A stretch of DNA of 39,234 nt from Basidiobolus ranarum (taxonomy: Eukaryota). Of the stretch, positions 23,367 through 35,974 are shown piece after piece (the first letter of the stretch is position 1; the number at the start of each line of letters is the position of its first letter). Position numbers and translations under genes: made by a program. The notes beneath the pieces are model-generated. The model had not been told where the DNA came from, searched no databases, and saw only the letters and a list, made by a program, of their open reading frames with translations. Location: the NCBI GenBank assembly GCA_040143965.1, contig JASJQH010006919.1, positions 1-39,234 on the forward strand, written 5' to 3'.

Positions 23367-24134
23367 ATGAATTTATTGAAAACTGGAAGTACTCTACCGT
23401 TGGACCAACTTCGGAACACTTTGATTCGCTTGGAAGATACAATTATCTTTGCTTTGATTGAAAGAGCTCAGTTTGCCACTAATGATACAATTTATGAAGT
23501 GGATAAGTTCAAGTTTGAAGACAGAAAGAATGTCTCTTTTCTTGAATATATCCTGCATGAGTTGGAGATATCTCATGCCAAAGTACGAAGATACACCAGT
23601 CCTGATGAATACCCTTTTACCTCCAACCTCCCTGACCCTATCTTGCCATCATTGAACTTTCCACCGGTTCTCCATCCAAATAATATTAACATTAATCAGA
23701 AGCTCTACAATATATACATACAAAGCATAGTACCTACTATATGCGTCAAAGGTGACGATCAAAACTACGGAACCTCAGCTACTAGAGACGTAGAATGTCT
23801 ACAGGCACTCTCACGACGTATTCACTATGGAAAATTCATTGCTGAAGCAAAATTCACTGATCCAGAGCTTCACGATAAATATGTGGAGCTGATCAAAGCT
23901 CGCGATTCCCAAAGTATCTACAATCTTTTAACCAATGTAACTGTGGAGGAGAAATTGCTTCAACGCTTGCGTCAAAAGGCCTCTATTTACGGTCAAGATA
24001 TTTCAACCAACGGTGCAGTTCCTGACCATGGAAGTAAGATTGCCGTTGATGCTGTGATCAATCTTTATAAGGATTACGTTATTCCACTAACAAAAGAGGT
24101 GGAGGTGGAGTACCTTCTTCGACGTTTAGATTAA
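23367..24134 (+). CDS. ARO7: Chorismate mutase (eukaryotic AroQ type)
   Basis: LIRLEDTIIFALIERAQF, RRYTSPDEYPF, LQALSRRIHYGKFIAEAKF and VIPLTKEVEVEYLLRRL match yeast Aro7 signatures. Intronless, 255 aa. Confidence 0.97.
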   Translation: MNLLKTGSTLPLDQLRNTLIRLEDTIIFALIERAQFATNDTIYEVDKFKFEDRKNVSFLEYILHELEISHAKVRRYTSPDEYPFTSNLPDPILPSLNFPPVLHPNNININQKLYNIYIQSIVPTICVKGDDQNYGTSATRDVECLQALSRRIHYGKFIAEAKFTDPELHDKYVELIKARDSQSIYNLLTNVTVEEKLLQRLRQKASIYGQDISTNGAVPDHGSKIAVDAVINLYKDYVIPLTKEVEVEYLLRRLD

Positions 24135-24555
24135 TAACTTCTCTATCAACTCGGGTGTACTTATTATGTATCTCATTAATAATCCTCCGTGATAGTACTA
24201 TTATAGCCCTCCATTAGCTAGACGTCATATTACCACTTGTTCGAAATCGTAAATAAAACTCCAATTCTGGGTTATGACTAGACTATATTGTTGGCGGATA
24301 ACGACATTTGATTTCCAAATACATATAGTAGCCACCTGTGTCAACGTAGTTAGTTAAGCGTTATAGTTACTCCTAACATTTTACACATCGCAACTGAGTT
24401 TTGGTAATACGAGAGGCAGTTATCTAATTTCTCTGCAAACAAAATGATATTTATTTCACATTATTGACACTTACTGAAAAGTGTATAAAAGTATATATGT
24501 TCAATAGTGAGGCTAAGTTGGTACTTGGAAAACAACGATTCCTAGTTACTGTGTC

Positions 24556-24852
24556 TTAATGAGAGCATTGGCAATTTGGTCCACAGGTACAAGCTGAATC
24601 CTCGGTACCTCCGCATGAACAAGAGTGTATTGGTTGCTCTTTACTCTTATCGCCGCATTTACAATTAGTCCCACAGTTGCAAGAAGCTCCTTTAGTGCCA
24701 GCGCAAGCACAGGTATTTACTTGACCATCTTTTCCAGAACCACACCCACAATCAGAGATTTTCATGTCGGCGCTAGTGCATTGACAATTGGCTCCGCAGC
24801 CGCAAGAAGGACCGCAAGTAGCACAAGCTTTTACATTCTTCCCCGTATCCAT
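24556..24852 (-). CDS. Metallothionein-like protein (98 aa, 20 Cys, three modules)
   Basis: 20 Cys mostly in CxC pairs, no aromatic residues, Gly/Ser/Lys-rich. Three CxCGxNCxC blocks. TATAAA on the minus strand at 24954-24959. Confidence 0.88.
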   Translation of the reverse strand: MDTGKNVKACATCGPSCGCGANCQCTSADMKISDCGCGSGKDGQVNTCACAGTKGASCNCGTNCKCGDKSKEQPIHSCSCGGTEDSACTCGPNCQCSH

Positions 24853-25982
24853 ATTGATGAATAGTTACGTTTTTCAGTACTGGAAGTTAAAAAAAATAAT
24901 GATCAAGTAGAGTTTGTAATTATCACCTACTTATGGGAGTGAACAGCTACTACTTTATATGTAAGGGTGGCTTAGCTACGGCATCATGTTTCACAGGCAA
25001 CAATCAGTACTAGCTCATGGGTAGCTTGGACAATTCTCTAAACAAACAAGTTTATTGAAACCTCTAGTTGGGGAAGAGGGGGGTCAACCATTTCCAAATC
25101 AGATATCTCTGACCACCACGAACTATGTTTCATCTACCTCTCAACTGACCAAATACTGAAATGGATGATGTAGCTCATTTAATCCTTTGTTCTTTTTCAC
25201 ACTGATAAGAGCCCCCTTCTGAGAATTTATTGACTTCTACGACTACTTGATCTCTTTTAAGGCTATAATTTAATTAACCTAACCGTATGACGGCTGTTGT
25301 TGAAGATGTCTAAAAAGCTTGTTGCCATTCTTTGTATGTATGCATACACATACAGATGTGTGCTAATAACACTTCATAAGAATCATTAGCGACGACAATA
25401 ACACTAATTAACATTGGATCACGTCGTCGATAACTTCTTACGTTTCACACTGAACTTAAGGTATGTAGTAACCAATGGTTGATCTGTGTGGATTGCTATT
25501 GTTCCGAGTCCTCTCCCTACACTTGCTATTGCTATTATATAGTATACAATTGTGCTGTCATAAAATTTCATTACCAACTGGTACCTGTACTATTTTCGAT
25601 ATAACGTTGCCAGTACAAACAATAAGTTAATTCAACTAATATAAGAGTATGAAGTATATTTATATATATCTACAGAAAGCCTTTACCTTGATATAACGCT
25701 TGGATCACTATATACTGGACTACCTTATCATAGAAATCAATGAATATCAAGGATGGTAATGACCAATGAGAGTTGACATAGGAAAAATATCATACATTCT
25801 CGTCAGGATTAATTCCCCCTCAATATAATAGGCAATTCGATTCCTTTTTTCATTGAAAATGATGGGTATTTCGAAATAGAATTTAACTCAATTAACAAAA
25901 ACCACGAATATAATGTAAAAGAGTTCATACCTTGAAAAGTTCACTGTTTTATAGGGAATTCGTTTCGCGTTTGGTAAAACTA

Positions 25983-28140
25983 ATGTTGCTAAACACTACT
26001 AAACAACTGAAAGATAAAAATTTTGGTAAGTAATTTTATACCCTCGTCTTGTGTTGTTTATCTACAGTTTTGTTTAACGAAAGTTTGAAGATGGTGTAGA
26101 TCAGGAGCTTTACGATCTGATAGGCGGTGTTCCCCCTATATCGATAAATAAAAAGTCTTTAAAACAAAAAGCAGATAAAGAAGATAAATGGTAGAGATAC
26201 ATCCCTCCCCTATCCTAGTATTAAGTATAAATATTTACCTGATTTTATAGGGAATGTAAAGGCTTTACCAGTAGTGCACGAGACGATGATCTCATCTTGC
26301 ATCATTGGACAAAAGTAGGAGAAGAAACAGCAGGTATTATTCTACACTCGCGTTCAATTCAAGTGAATGTTAGCTTATCTATTTTGTCTGATACAGATTT
26401 CCATTTCGCACAGTTCAACAAAATAGTTGATCTTGTAGATTATTCAGAAGAAGATTATCAACAATATTTAACGCGTAAGAGATGATGCTGAAAACTCCCA
26501 TTTTTATCTATAGTTAAATATTTACCGTATCCAAATAATATCGTAGAGGAAAACTGGACAAAAGAGGAGACCGACTATCTTTTTGAATTATGCCAACAAT
26601 ACGATTTAAGATTTGTAGTTATAGCGGATAGATATAGTTTTTCTGGAGTAGAGAAATCCATGGAGGTAATTATTTCTCTTGGAAATATCTTTATGAATCT
26701 CTTTAATAACTTAATGATGACAGGACATGAAGGAAAGATATTATAGTGTCACTAGTAAGATGTTAGCAATTCGAGCGGCTAGAGGAGAGAAAATAAACCA
26801 AGAGCGTATACTGTCAATGAGCTTCGATAAAGGTTTGGATTTATTATACCCGGATTGTTGTATATTCTAAATAACACATATCCTTGCAATTAGACAAAGA
26901 AACACAAAGAAAAAGGAATCTCATTCAACTTTATGATCGAGACCGAGCACAGATTGAGGTTTTTTAATCCCGAAGAGATACTTTCAAACAACTCCATGTA
27001 CTTACCAAGTATTTTAATGCAGGCCGAGGAATCGCTCTATTTTGAATCCCTGAGACTTGAGCAAAATGAACGGAACTTATACAAAGAAAGAGAGAACCAT
27101 TTGCTTCTTTTTAACGCTAAAGAGCTACACATTCCCAAACCTCCCGTAGAGGAGGCTTCCACAACAGCATCTCCAAATCCACTTGCCTTTCCTGAAGGAG
27201 TTTTTAAGGTCTTTCTTTTTCGATTTATGATATCAAGGGGATAAGGCCATATATATATATATATATAGCCATAAATATTCTCCAACCAAGTTACAATATT
27301 GCTCACCATTGATAGCACTCCTATAGTCCAAAAAAAAGAAAGTATTAGTGAAAAAAGATGCCAAGCCTTTAAAGGAGCATATAGCGGACCCTAGTCCCTC
27401 CGTTGTCAAAGATGTAGTCGTCGTTAAACAAGAACCGGGGGAAATATCTACTCCACTCAAACCAACTTTTCCTAAGAGTGTGGTGGCATCCAAAGCTACT
27501 CCCATCAAAACGGTCCCTACCCCTGAATGTTAGCTTTGTATTACAATGCATAGACTATTTTATCATAAGCACTCATCGATCTAACAATCTGATTCAATTT
27601 CATTGTTTATTAGCAGTTGGTGCTCCTGTATCTACTACACTTTCTCCTCTCACAACCAAGAAGGATAAACTTCCACCTGGAGTCCACCTGCGAAGTACTA
27701 GAATTGCTCCAATTAAACAGAGTCAATTTCAAAAGATAGCAGCGGTTTTAGAGGAATATGGAATCAGTAAGCCTAATTTCCATGAAGCTCTCAACCTGTA
27801 TGTTATCTGACTCTTTTAATTTGTCACTTTAGAGACATCCCGACCAACCATGCCAACAGCCACAGTTTGTAATAAGTTTGATGAGTTACTTTACGATACT
27901 CTATCTTTGTTGGATTACAAGAAGCAAGTTGAGAAACTAGAGCATGAGCTCAAAGTCGTGAAGCACAAGATTGACGAGTGTACCAACGGAGCCTCTTCAG
28001 ATGGTTCCCTTACACCTGGGGTAAAATATATATTTTGTAATTCAGATACGTGCAATCCACATATTTATCCTCGCATCTAATTATAGCGCAAGAGAATGTC
28101 CTCGATATCTTCCAAAGACATTAAGAAGATCAAGAAATAG
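25983..28140 (+). CDS. SWC4: SWR1/NuA4 complex subunit Swc4/Eaf2 (DMAP1 homologue); exons 25983-26025, 26091-26190, 26251-26333, 26397-26474, 26547-26665, 26724-26832, 26894-26958, 27023-27208, 27327-27528, 27614-27766, 27833-28020, 28087-28140
   Basis: Spliced translation gives DGVDQELYDLIGG, WECKGFTSSARDDDLILHHW, FAQFNK, the SANT-like WTKEETDYLFELCQQYDLRFVVIADRY, SMEDMKERYY, GVHLRS and PTMPTATVCNKFDEL. All introns are GT-AG. The start exon is uncertain. Confidence 0.9.
27249..27267. repeat. (AT)n microsatellite inside a SWC4 intron
   Basis: About 9 consecutive AT units in intron 27209-27326, the longest intron of the gene. Confidence 0.8.
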
Positions 28141-28649
28141 CTGGAACTCCTTGACCAAGTATAAACTTTATCTTAAACCAAGAGTCGTGGAAAGTTTATA
28201 AGTTACTGTACATTCAACTAGCACGATTGTTCAAGTACCTTTAATATACAAAAACTTGTCAATCCTCCTAATCCCTTATCAAAGCCTCAAATAAATAAAT
28301 GGACAGTGTTCTCTTCGCCACTTTTTTAACCAAAGATTGCTAGAGCAACTCTGCGTATTATATATTTGATATGGATGTATAGTTTCATAATACAGCTCCA
28401 AGCTGTCTTCAGATTGCCCTTTCACGAATCAAACATACGCCATATTTATAGACCCAGAAATGAAATTTGTATGTAAACCAAATGAACTGTTAAATAGTGG
28501 ACAGCATATTAGATAAGGTTAACCTGGAATTTCAAGAAAACTTCATATTTATTAAACATTAAAATAATGACATAATCAAAGGAATGGGTGGCACAACCAT
28601 ATGGAATATGATTGTGATAAAATTAGCAGTGTACAGATTATTATTCTAA

Positions 28650-29974
28650 TTAATTGGGACTAGCAGTCAGCTTCGAGCGTCCAGTAATTCTCAATCGAAT
28701 CTCCTCCTTTAAGTTCTCAGTTAATCCATACATTATAGCATCACACAAACCAATGAATTGCGAAGAGGCCTGCATGACTGTCAAAATTCGATTTGAATCA
28801 CCACTTATCTCGATCATACGATTGAGTATTCCCGGTATCCAACATATAGTATACACAACCGGGTACAGACACATCTTCAGCATCACACGGGTTATTCTCT
28901 TCTCATTACTCGATGGTCTTTTCATTGGGAGACCATCGGCACCAGTTTTACCAGGACTCTTGGGTGATTTTTTTAATCCAAACTTGATCATTAGCGTGGT
29001 AAATTTGGGCTCATGATTGGAATTCGCTTCAATATGGCGGCTGACTTCGCTCATATTTGTATCTGTAACCTCACTTCTGAGGGATGGTTCTGCGTAGAAC
29101 TCTTGATAGTTGGAAGCTAATTCTATGCCCCCATGGGTGCTAGAATCATTTGCATAGGTTTGATCACTACTGTTTTGGCTAAGAGAGGTCTTTTTCAAGA
29201 TCAAATACAATCGAATATAGAAGAAGAATACCAAGGGAATGATAGCGAATCTAAAACCATGGGTTAAAGCGTAACGCACCCATGCCGGATGAGGTGGTAG
29301 CCAACACCAATTTCCTGATACTATATGGTAGCATATCAAGAGGTTAATGGGTTATAATTGAAACATAGGTAGTTAACAAGTTACGCACCTGGAACATAGC
29401 CTACTGTGAACTGTCCTATCAACGCGGTAGTTAGAGAGAATCCCCACACACATATATAAAGCCAAGGCTCGTATACTTGGAGAAAATTTAACGCATGTAA
29501 CCATTCCAAGGGTTTGGATATGGCTGAGTAGGTGACTACTGCAATCAATAAAGTAGAGAAATCTTGAGCCTGTTTACAACAAAGCGTAATCAGATGGTTG
29601 GTATGTTGAAGAAGCATCAAAGAATGATTTGAAATACTAACCTGTACAGTTACTTGGCCTACAAAGCCATTGATGGAACAGAAGGTGCCCGGGTGAATGA
29701 CTCCCTCCTTACCCAGCTGTATTCCAGATACCGTGTTGTTTAAAGAATTCAAAAAATCTAACAAAACAACAAAATTAGAACTCAGTGAGAGGTGGGAATT
29801 TATATATGATAGTGCAAACTAACCGGCTATCGATAGACTTAGAATCAGGCGATGTCTGTATGTTCTACATGAAGGAAGACACACATAGCACAGAATCAGG
29901 AGTAGACTAGCTATAGTACTTATTGAGCTTCCAACTAGACTGCTTAATAAAAATCCGTTTGCGGAGGCTGCCAT
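28650..29974 (-). CDS. Seven-transmembrane GPCR, Git3/cAMP-receptor-like; exons 29974-29824, 29757-29642, 29569-29389, 29320-28650
   Basis: In-frame GT-AG joins give RHRLILSLSIADFLNSLNN, CSINGFVGQVTVQAQD, SGNWCWL, KMCLYPVVYTICWIPGILNR and GLCDAIMYG. About seven hydrophobic segments with a long polar third intracellular loop. Confidence 0.88.
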
Positions 29975-32900
29975 CAAGTTATAATAGAGAGCAACTAGGC
30001 ATCTACTTCTGGTTAAAATTCGTTTTTTGGGTAGCCCGGTTGAAAAAAACCTTGGAAAGCAACAGCAATGAATGGAAGAACAAGTTACGTCTGATCTATT
30101 TATGACTTCCAACGTGCTTTCCCCACTTGCTTGTGCATGATTCATATGCATATAATTCCGATAGATGTAACCTTCCTCGATATAATTAGATCAGTTGAAA
30201 AGAATACAACATATCTCAATTTGGCAAGGCCATCATGAATTTAAAATTAGGTTGCAGTATTGTTTGGACAATCGTATTAGGCGTCTTTCTTAATATGACA
30301 GTATAGACCATAAGAAGCCTCCATAGGTGTACACATATATAGATAAGCCTGTAATTCAGACTACGTTTAGACTGCTTGGCCCAAATTCCCTGTTTTTCTG
30401 AACGTATTACATCAGTATAAGTCAACAATGATCACGGGAGCATCACATGCAGAGAGTGTCCGGTGACCTTAACATGAACACGAACAGGAGGAGTGCCGAT
30501 ATAAGCGACCTCAATAGCTATGCAAAGTCAATCTTATTCTCAGTGTAGATGTACTTCAGCAATGATCGCGGATAAACTGTTTGAGAACTTGAAAAGAAAT
30601 CAGTATCATTACGGTACCACTTGTAGAAAGATAAAAAACGCCTTCTACCAATATACCCTCAATGTACTCAATTCGTTAGCACAAGGAACTCGGGAAAGAA
30701 TTGAACCATATACAGCTAGTGCTATGGACAAGAATGGCATCATTAGAGTCTGGGAAATTACTGATTCAATCGAATTTGGTTACTTGATTGCCATTTCATA
30801 TAAAAGCTTAAGATTGAATTACCTGAAAACGCGACACTGACCCGCAAATGATCAATGAACTTCTGACTCGGAATAATAGAACCATGGACTGACAAAGGAT
30901 GGGAGAAGTAATCCTAATGTGTCACCAATTTGGAGGATATCTAGAAACCATGGCGGCAAAGGGACTTCCCTGGTATACACCAATGTCGCCTCATGGAGTC
31001 ATTTGTAACACTCACGGTTGGGCCCAAAACAGATTGATAAAGTATTAGCCCAAGATGTAAATCCACTGTCAACGAGAGAATGGGGTTTTGCCTGACATAT
31101 CTTTATTTCCATATATCTTTGTTACACACATATCAATGTATCTGCCTGAAACAGCAACGTGAGCTTTTGTACTCTGAAGAGTACTGAATGGTAGATTTTG
31201 ACTGATAAATCAAGTGGTACGTGTAAGACGACAAGGGTTGATTTCGCACCACATTCCACTCACAATAGTGTTTTTGGAAATATCCTGTTCCCATTTACAG
31301 AGGCCCACTTCACTTTAGCATTCCCAAACATGATCTAGCCATCTATATACAATTTACCCATTAGCACTGATGTTTGAGCTTTGGGAACATCCACAACATG
31401 GATTTAAAGTTGCTGCAACGGTATGTTGTATGGACTCAGAGGAATCCGTTTTAGTGAACATTGCCGGTTATTTGCTTCATCTATTACACAAAAAAGCAGG
31501 CTTCCCATACTTGAACTATGTCGCTTTGATTTGGGGCAAATGCTATATCAGTGTGCCATATGGTTCTTGGGAGAAAAATCGAGCCAAATCGTTTATGGAA
31601 TAGTTAATGGTACACAATTGTGTACTGTCTCAAAGTGAAGTTGATGTTGAAAATAGAAAATTTTACTGAGTATATTACGTTTTCTACATGATATTTACCA
31701 ATCATGATTAGCTGGTATAAGTAATTAATTTTATGTAACCGTGCTCTTATTGGTATGAGCTAATGAATCAAGTATATCAACCCAGGATCAAAGCCCAACA
31801 TTTATACTCAATATCACAAGCACACGAGAGCTTACATAAGCTTCATGGCGGGTCACTTGGTGAATAAATAGTTAGTAGGACTTGAGTTCGGATGCATGGG
31901 ATGAAAATAGAACTATTAACGTGTAACAAGTACCCATTACGCACAAACTATCTTTCATTTTACTCCTTTTAAACTAGAGATAAACTCTTCTAATATATGC
32001 ACCACAAGTGTGGGGTTTGTTGCACGGCTGCAGTTCGGAGTATTTGTAGTAGATGCGAAGCAATAGCTACCTTCGGAGTGTTCTTCGGCTTTATGTTGAT
32101 ATATTCAGCGCTTATCTTAGCAAAACTATGAAGATGGTAGTTGCATGCAAAATTGATCAAGTGCAATTCAGGATAGGGCGGAGAAACATAGGGCTGGTAC
32201 TTTATTTGTGTAACTTCCGGAGTTGTCCATATTTGGTGACTTGAAAATTGACATTAGGCTACTTCATTAATACAGTTTTTTGCTACTCAAGTATTAAGAA
32301 GGCTGGCATAGAGTTAATAGAGCTTTCTCTCACCTCGGAATTATTTCAGTATTATTGTGAAAATATGTCAATAAGTAGTAACAGGATCGAATTTGCAGTG
32401 AGAGCAATACACAAGTCTAACAAAGGTGCTGCTGTCCGGTGTGCCAAGTCACAAGACAGACTACATTTGGAATTAACTAGGTGATGATCAAAATGTAGAA
32501 TGACTCATGACGGTCACTGAAGTTGTACTCAAATTCCAGATTAATTTCGGGCTAAGTTAGTAATAAGGAAGGAGTGACGATAGTCGGTAAACTGGTTTTC
32601 GTATTTGCAAAGTTGTATTACGATTCGTAATTTCTGCACCACCATAGCCGCATTGATGAAACTTAGGTTTAAAGTAAATATCAGTGGCTAGAGGTTACAC
32701 TCAAAGAGTCATAAATATCATCAATTCGTATCTGATTGAGCTGATATTATATTATCAGAACAATGACCGAATTTCTAATCTATTTGGCAAGGACCATGTA
32801 ATAAAATGGACACTCCCATCCTAATAATCCTCAACTTAATGATGGACAAAGCCCAAAATATGAAAACTCAGTTCGAAATCGTGAGATCTTTGGCAAGGCA

Positions 32901-33450
32901 ATTGAAAAAGTTAATACAACTTTACAAGAGAAAGATGTGGTTATAACTTCTCTTAGTTGTTCTCCAGATGACTAGAAAGGCATAATAATTGCTTCAGAGG
33001 TAAGAGTAGACAAGTTAATTACATTGTTCGCGATGATAAAATTAGTGAAAACGCACTTAGAGAAGTAATCTGATGAAATCTTCTGAAGAGGTTTAACCAA
33101 GTACAAAACTCTCACAGAAAGATGTGCAAATGCTTTCACCAGTTGTAAAAAGCCTAGGTCGGGTGGAGTAGAGGTTATGGGTCAAAAACAGTTGAAGATA
33201 GAGAATGGAGAGAATATACAAATCCAGCTTCAACTCAAGCGCATGTTGTTTTCATTCCCTACTAATATAACATTGGAGCAAGAGAGTCAACGTGGTATAT
33301 CGGTTCTGCAGCCTTCCAATATATTTCAAGAGAGCCTTCTCAATAACCAAAACTGATATATATAGGAAAGCTGCTATCCAGAATAAACGATCATTCCAAG
33401 TCCAAGTATTATGAATCTGATTTTGGTATATTAGCGGTATATACTCTTAC

Positions 33451-33771
33451 TGTTGAAATAAGCATAGCCTAAACACCTATATAGTCATATATAGCTTAGT
33501 ATTTAGTTATTCCATATTGAACTACGATATCACCTCAAGAGGAATTTACTTAGAAGCTTGAAGATATACAGATTTTGATAACTTGTGCTAGAAGTCCCAA
33601 ACTTTGTACACATGTTCCTGGGACCTTCCTTAACACATTCTACACGTTTGTTTGTTTACATCTTGACAAAAATGTAAGTGGCAACTTTTAACTCAATAAA
33701 TCAATAAGTGAAAACCACCATTTCTTCTAGTTCTCCAAACCACTCCCAATAGGCTCCCAGAATATTTCAAC
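33451..33771 (-). mobile_element. Degenerate dispersed repeat copy A, probable non-LTR retrotransposon (LINE) 3' remnant
   Basis: Clearly similar to 37572-37894 and 38095-38294, for example GCATAGCCTAAACA...ATATAGTCATATATAGCT and TTCCTGGGACCTTCCTTAAC. The minus strand reads GSLLGVVWRTRRNGGF. Confidence 0.6.
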
Positions 33772-35918
33772 ACTTACATCTCTATTATATCACTTTTTAC
33801 TACCTCAGGGCAGGTTAGCTAAATTTGATGTTTACTAACGTATTGTGTTTGAGCACTTGCTAGCACTACGCTACATCGCATCTCTAGCCTTGCTATTGTC
33901 ATCAAATGGTGTGTTACCAAAATCATTACTAGGAATATAATGCAAATTTGTGAGCATTCTGACTATGCTGAATGGTCATGATTGCGATTCACCAAAGTAT
34001 TTTTTAATGTCTCCAAAGGTTCTACTGCATAGGCTTAAGAAAGAAACTCTAGGCTCCTTTCAGATATTGAAGTTAGAAGCAATAGTATTGTAGCATTAAA
34101 GATTACAAGCTTTATTGTAGTTATTTCCCTGTTTCTTTGATACCTAATATAGTTTTAATACATGCACTTATAAAGTCACAGTGAAATCTTTGGCCTCACG
34201 AATGGGGAATAATGGTTCGATTATATAGGAGGAGGATAAAGTTGTGAGATATGTAGCGAGAGATTTAACAAGGAATTGTTAATAATTACTCATGAAAAAC
34301 ATACGAACTTTTGATGGTAATAGTGTAAAGATATATTCAAAGCTTGAATAGGAGTAAATTGAGTCATCCTGGGGGCATTGTGTTAGTTGAGTATCAATGT
34401 ACTTGCTTCCAGCACAAAATTAGGATCTTTTCAGTGATAGAAATACAATCTTGTTTATAGATAAGAGCATGAAGAGTGGGTTAGCATTATTTGGTCAAAT
34501 ATCTCTAAGTTCCAAATCAAAGCATATTTTCAGATTGTAGGCGAATCATCCAAAAACTAGCAATGCAAACTTGTAATTCATCATTTCTTTGTCTATTGCT
34601 TGTGGTGGCGTCATCCAACGGACTCAAGATTGACGTCGAGGATCAGAGTAACTATGAGGCAAGTGGGGTTTCTTTCTGGACTATCCAGTGGTTGTGAGAT
34701 TCCCTTACAGTCTTCACTACACTTTCTTCTAAACTTTCAAGTAAATTGAACTCCATACCATCATTGGCAATTATCACCTAAAGCAGATTTTTATCCTAAT
34801 CCCATGACTTATGTGAGCTTGGATTACTTGAATAATATGGCATCAATGCCAAATCGGCTGATCAGTCGTATAAACCAAAGGGTGGCCATGGATTGACAGC
34901 CCTTGCTTATCAAGTAGAGGCTATGGCAACCGATTGGATATTTAGAGCTAGCCACTGCAATCTACTTCAAAGCCACAAACTATATCGCAATCCACCATAT
35001 TGGTAGTTACTATTATCCGTTTTTTGATACATAATGAAGAGGGTAGCAAGGCAGTCAATACGAAAGCGGTTTGAGTAGTAGGTGTGGTCAATAAAATCAC
35101 TCTGGAATATGATAACTTGATGCTTGCAACACATATACCCAATTAAAATATCAGTTACAATTGGTTGCACTAAACACGTTTATTTACGTTCTAGCTTTGG
35201 CAGTTTGTGATATTGTAAAGCAAAATGTACTACAGTTAGTTTATGACTATCTATTGTAACTTGGCGTATGCACATGCATTATAGCGTAATATTTATGCTA
35301 TTGGTACGTGCAGTTGGATTCAGCCGAAGTTAGGTTCCATTATGTGAACATTTTCTAACAAGTGATATTAGGCATATGGCTATTTACTTTCAACTTAGCA
35401 AATCTGTCTTCCAAAAGCAACTTTGTTTTGTTCTTCAAATCGTTTTTGACTCCTCTTGCCATTTCTTTCTCATCATATACCAACATGTACCGATCCCCAA
35501 AGTGCGGGTACTCCACTATATTATTAAATATCTACTGGGATTTGACTTGATTCAATGCATTTATGACGAGTCAAATTCAGCGATGAAATGAACGCCACTT
35601 TATTTAGTGATCTGGAGTTTGATATTCCGCAGTGGCTGGGTCAGAATCATCCCTTCCAGTTAGAACATCGGTCTATATAATGGGCTGAATACTACGAACA
35701 TTGTGTGGATGTGGATGTAGAGGTATTAGGTTCAAACTAACTACTAGATTGTGATCTATGCCAACCGCCCGTCACACTCCAATATGATTGATAGGATGAT
35801 CAATTACTTAATAGTGGGTTTGATCTCCCAGGAAAGCCCAATGAGTCATTCTTGGCTGTACTAATTGTTCCACGAATCCATTGTTTGCTATTTGAACTTG
35901 CCGTTTTTCCAACGCATC

Positions 35919-35925
35919 TATAAAA
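35919..35925 (+). promoter_or_regulatory. TATA box of the GST gene
   Basis: TATAAAA 56 bp upstream of the ATG at 35975. Confidence 0.5.
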
Positions 35926-35974
35926 GATTGTATTGGTGCTAGTGGTAGTATTCATAAACATCTAGCAATCTCTC

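Noticed and set aside
30520-31638. ORFs 30520-30840, 31370-31603 and 31423-31638 as transposase fragments
   Set aside because: No DDE, RT or other diagnostic motif is identifiable by eye; left unassigned.
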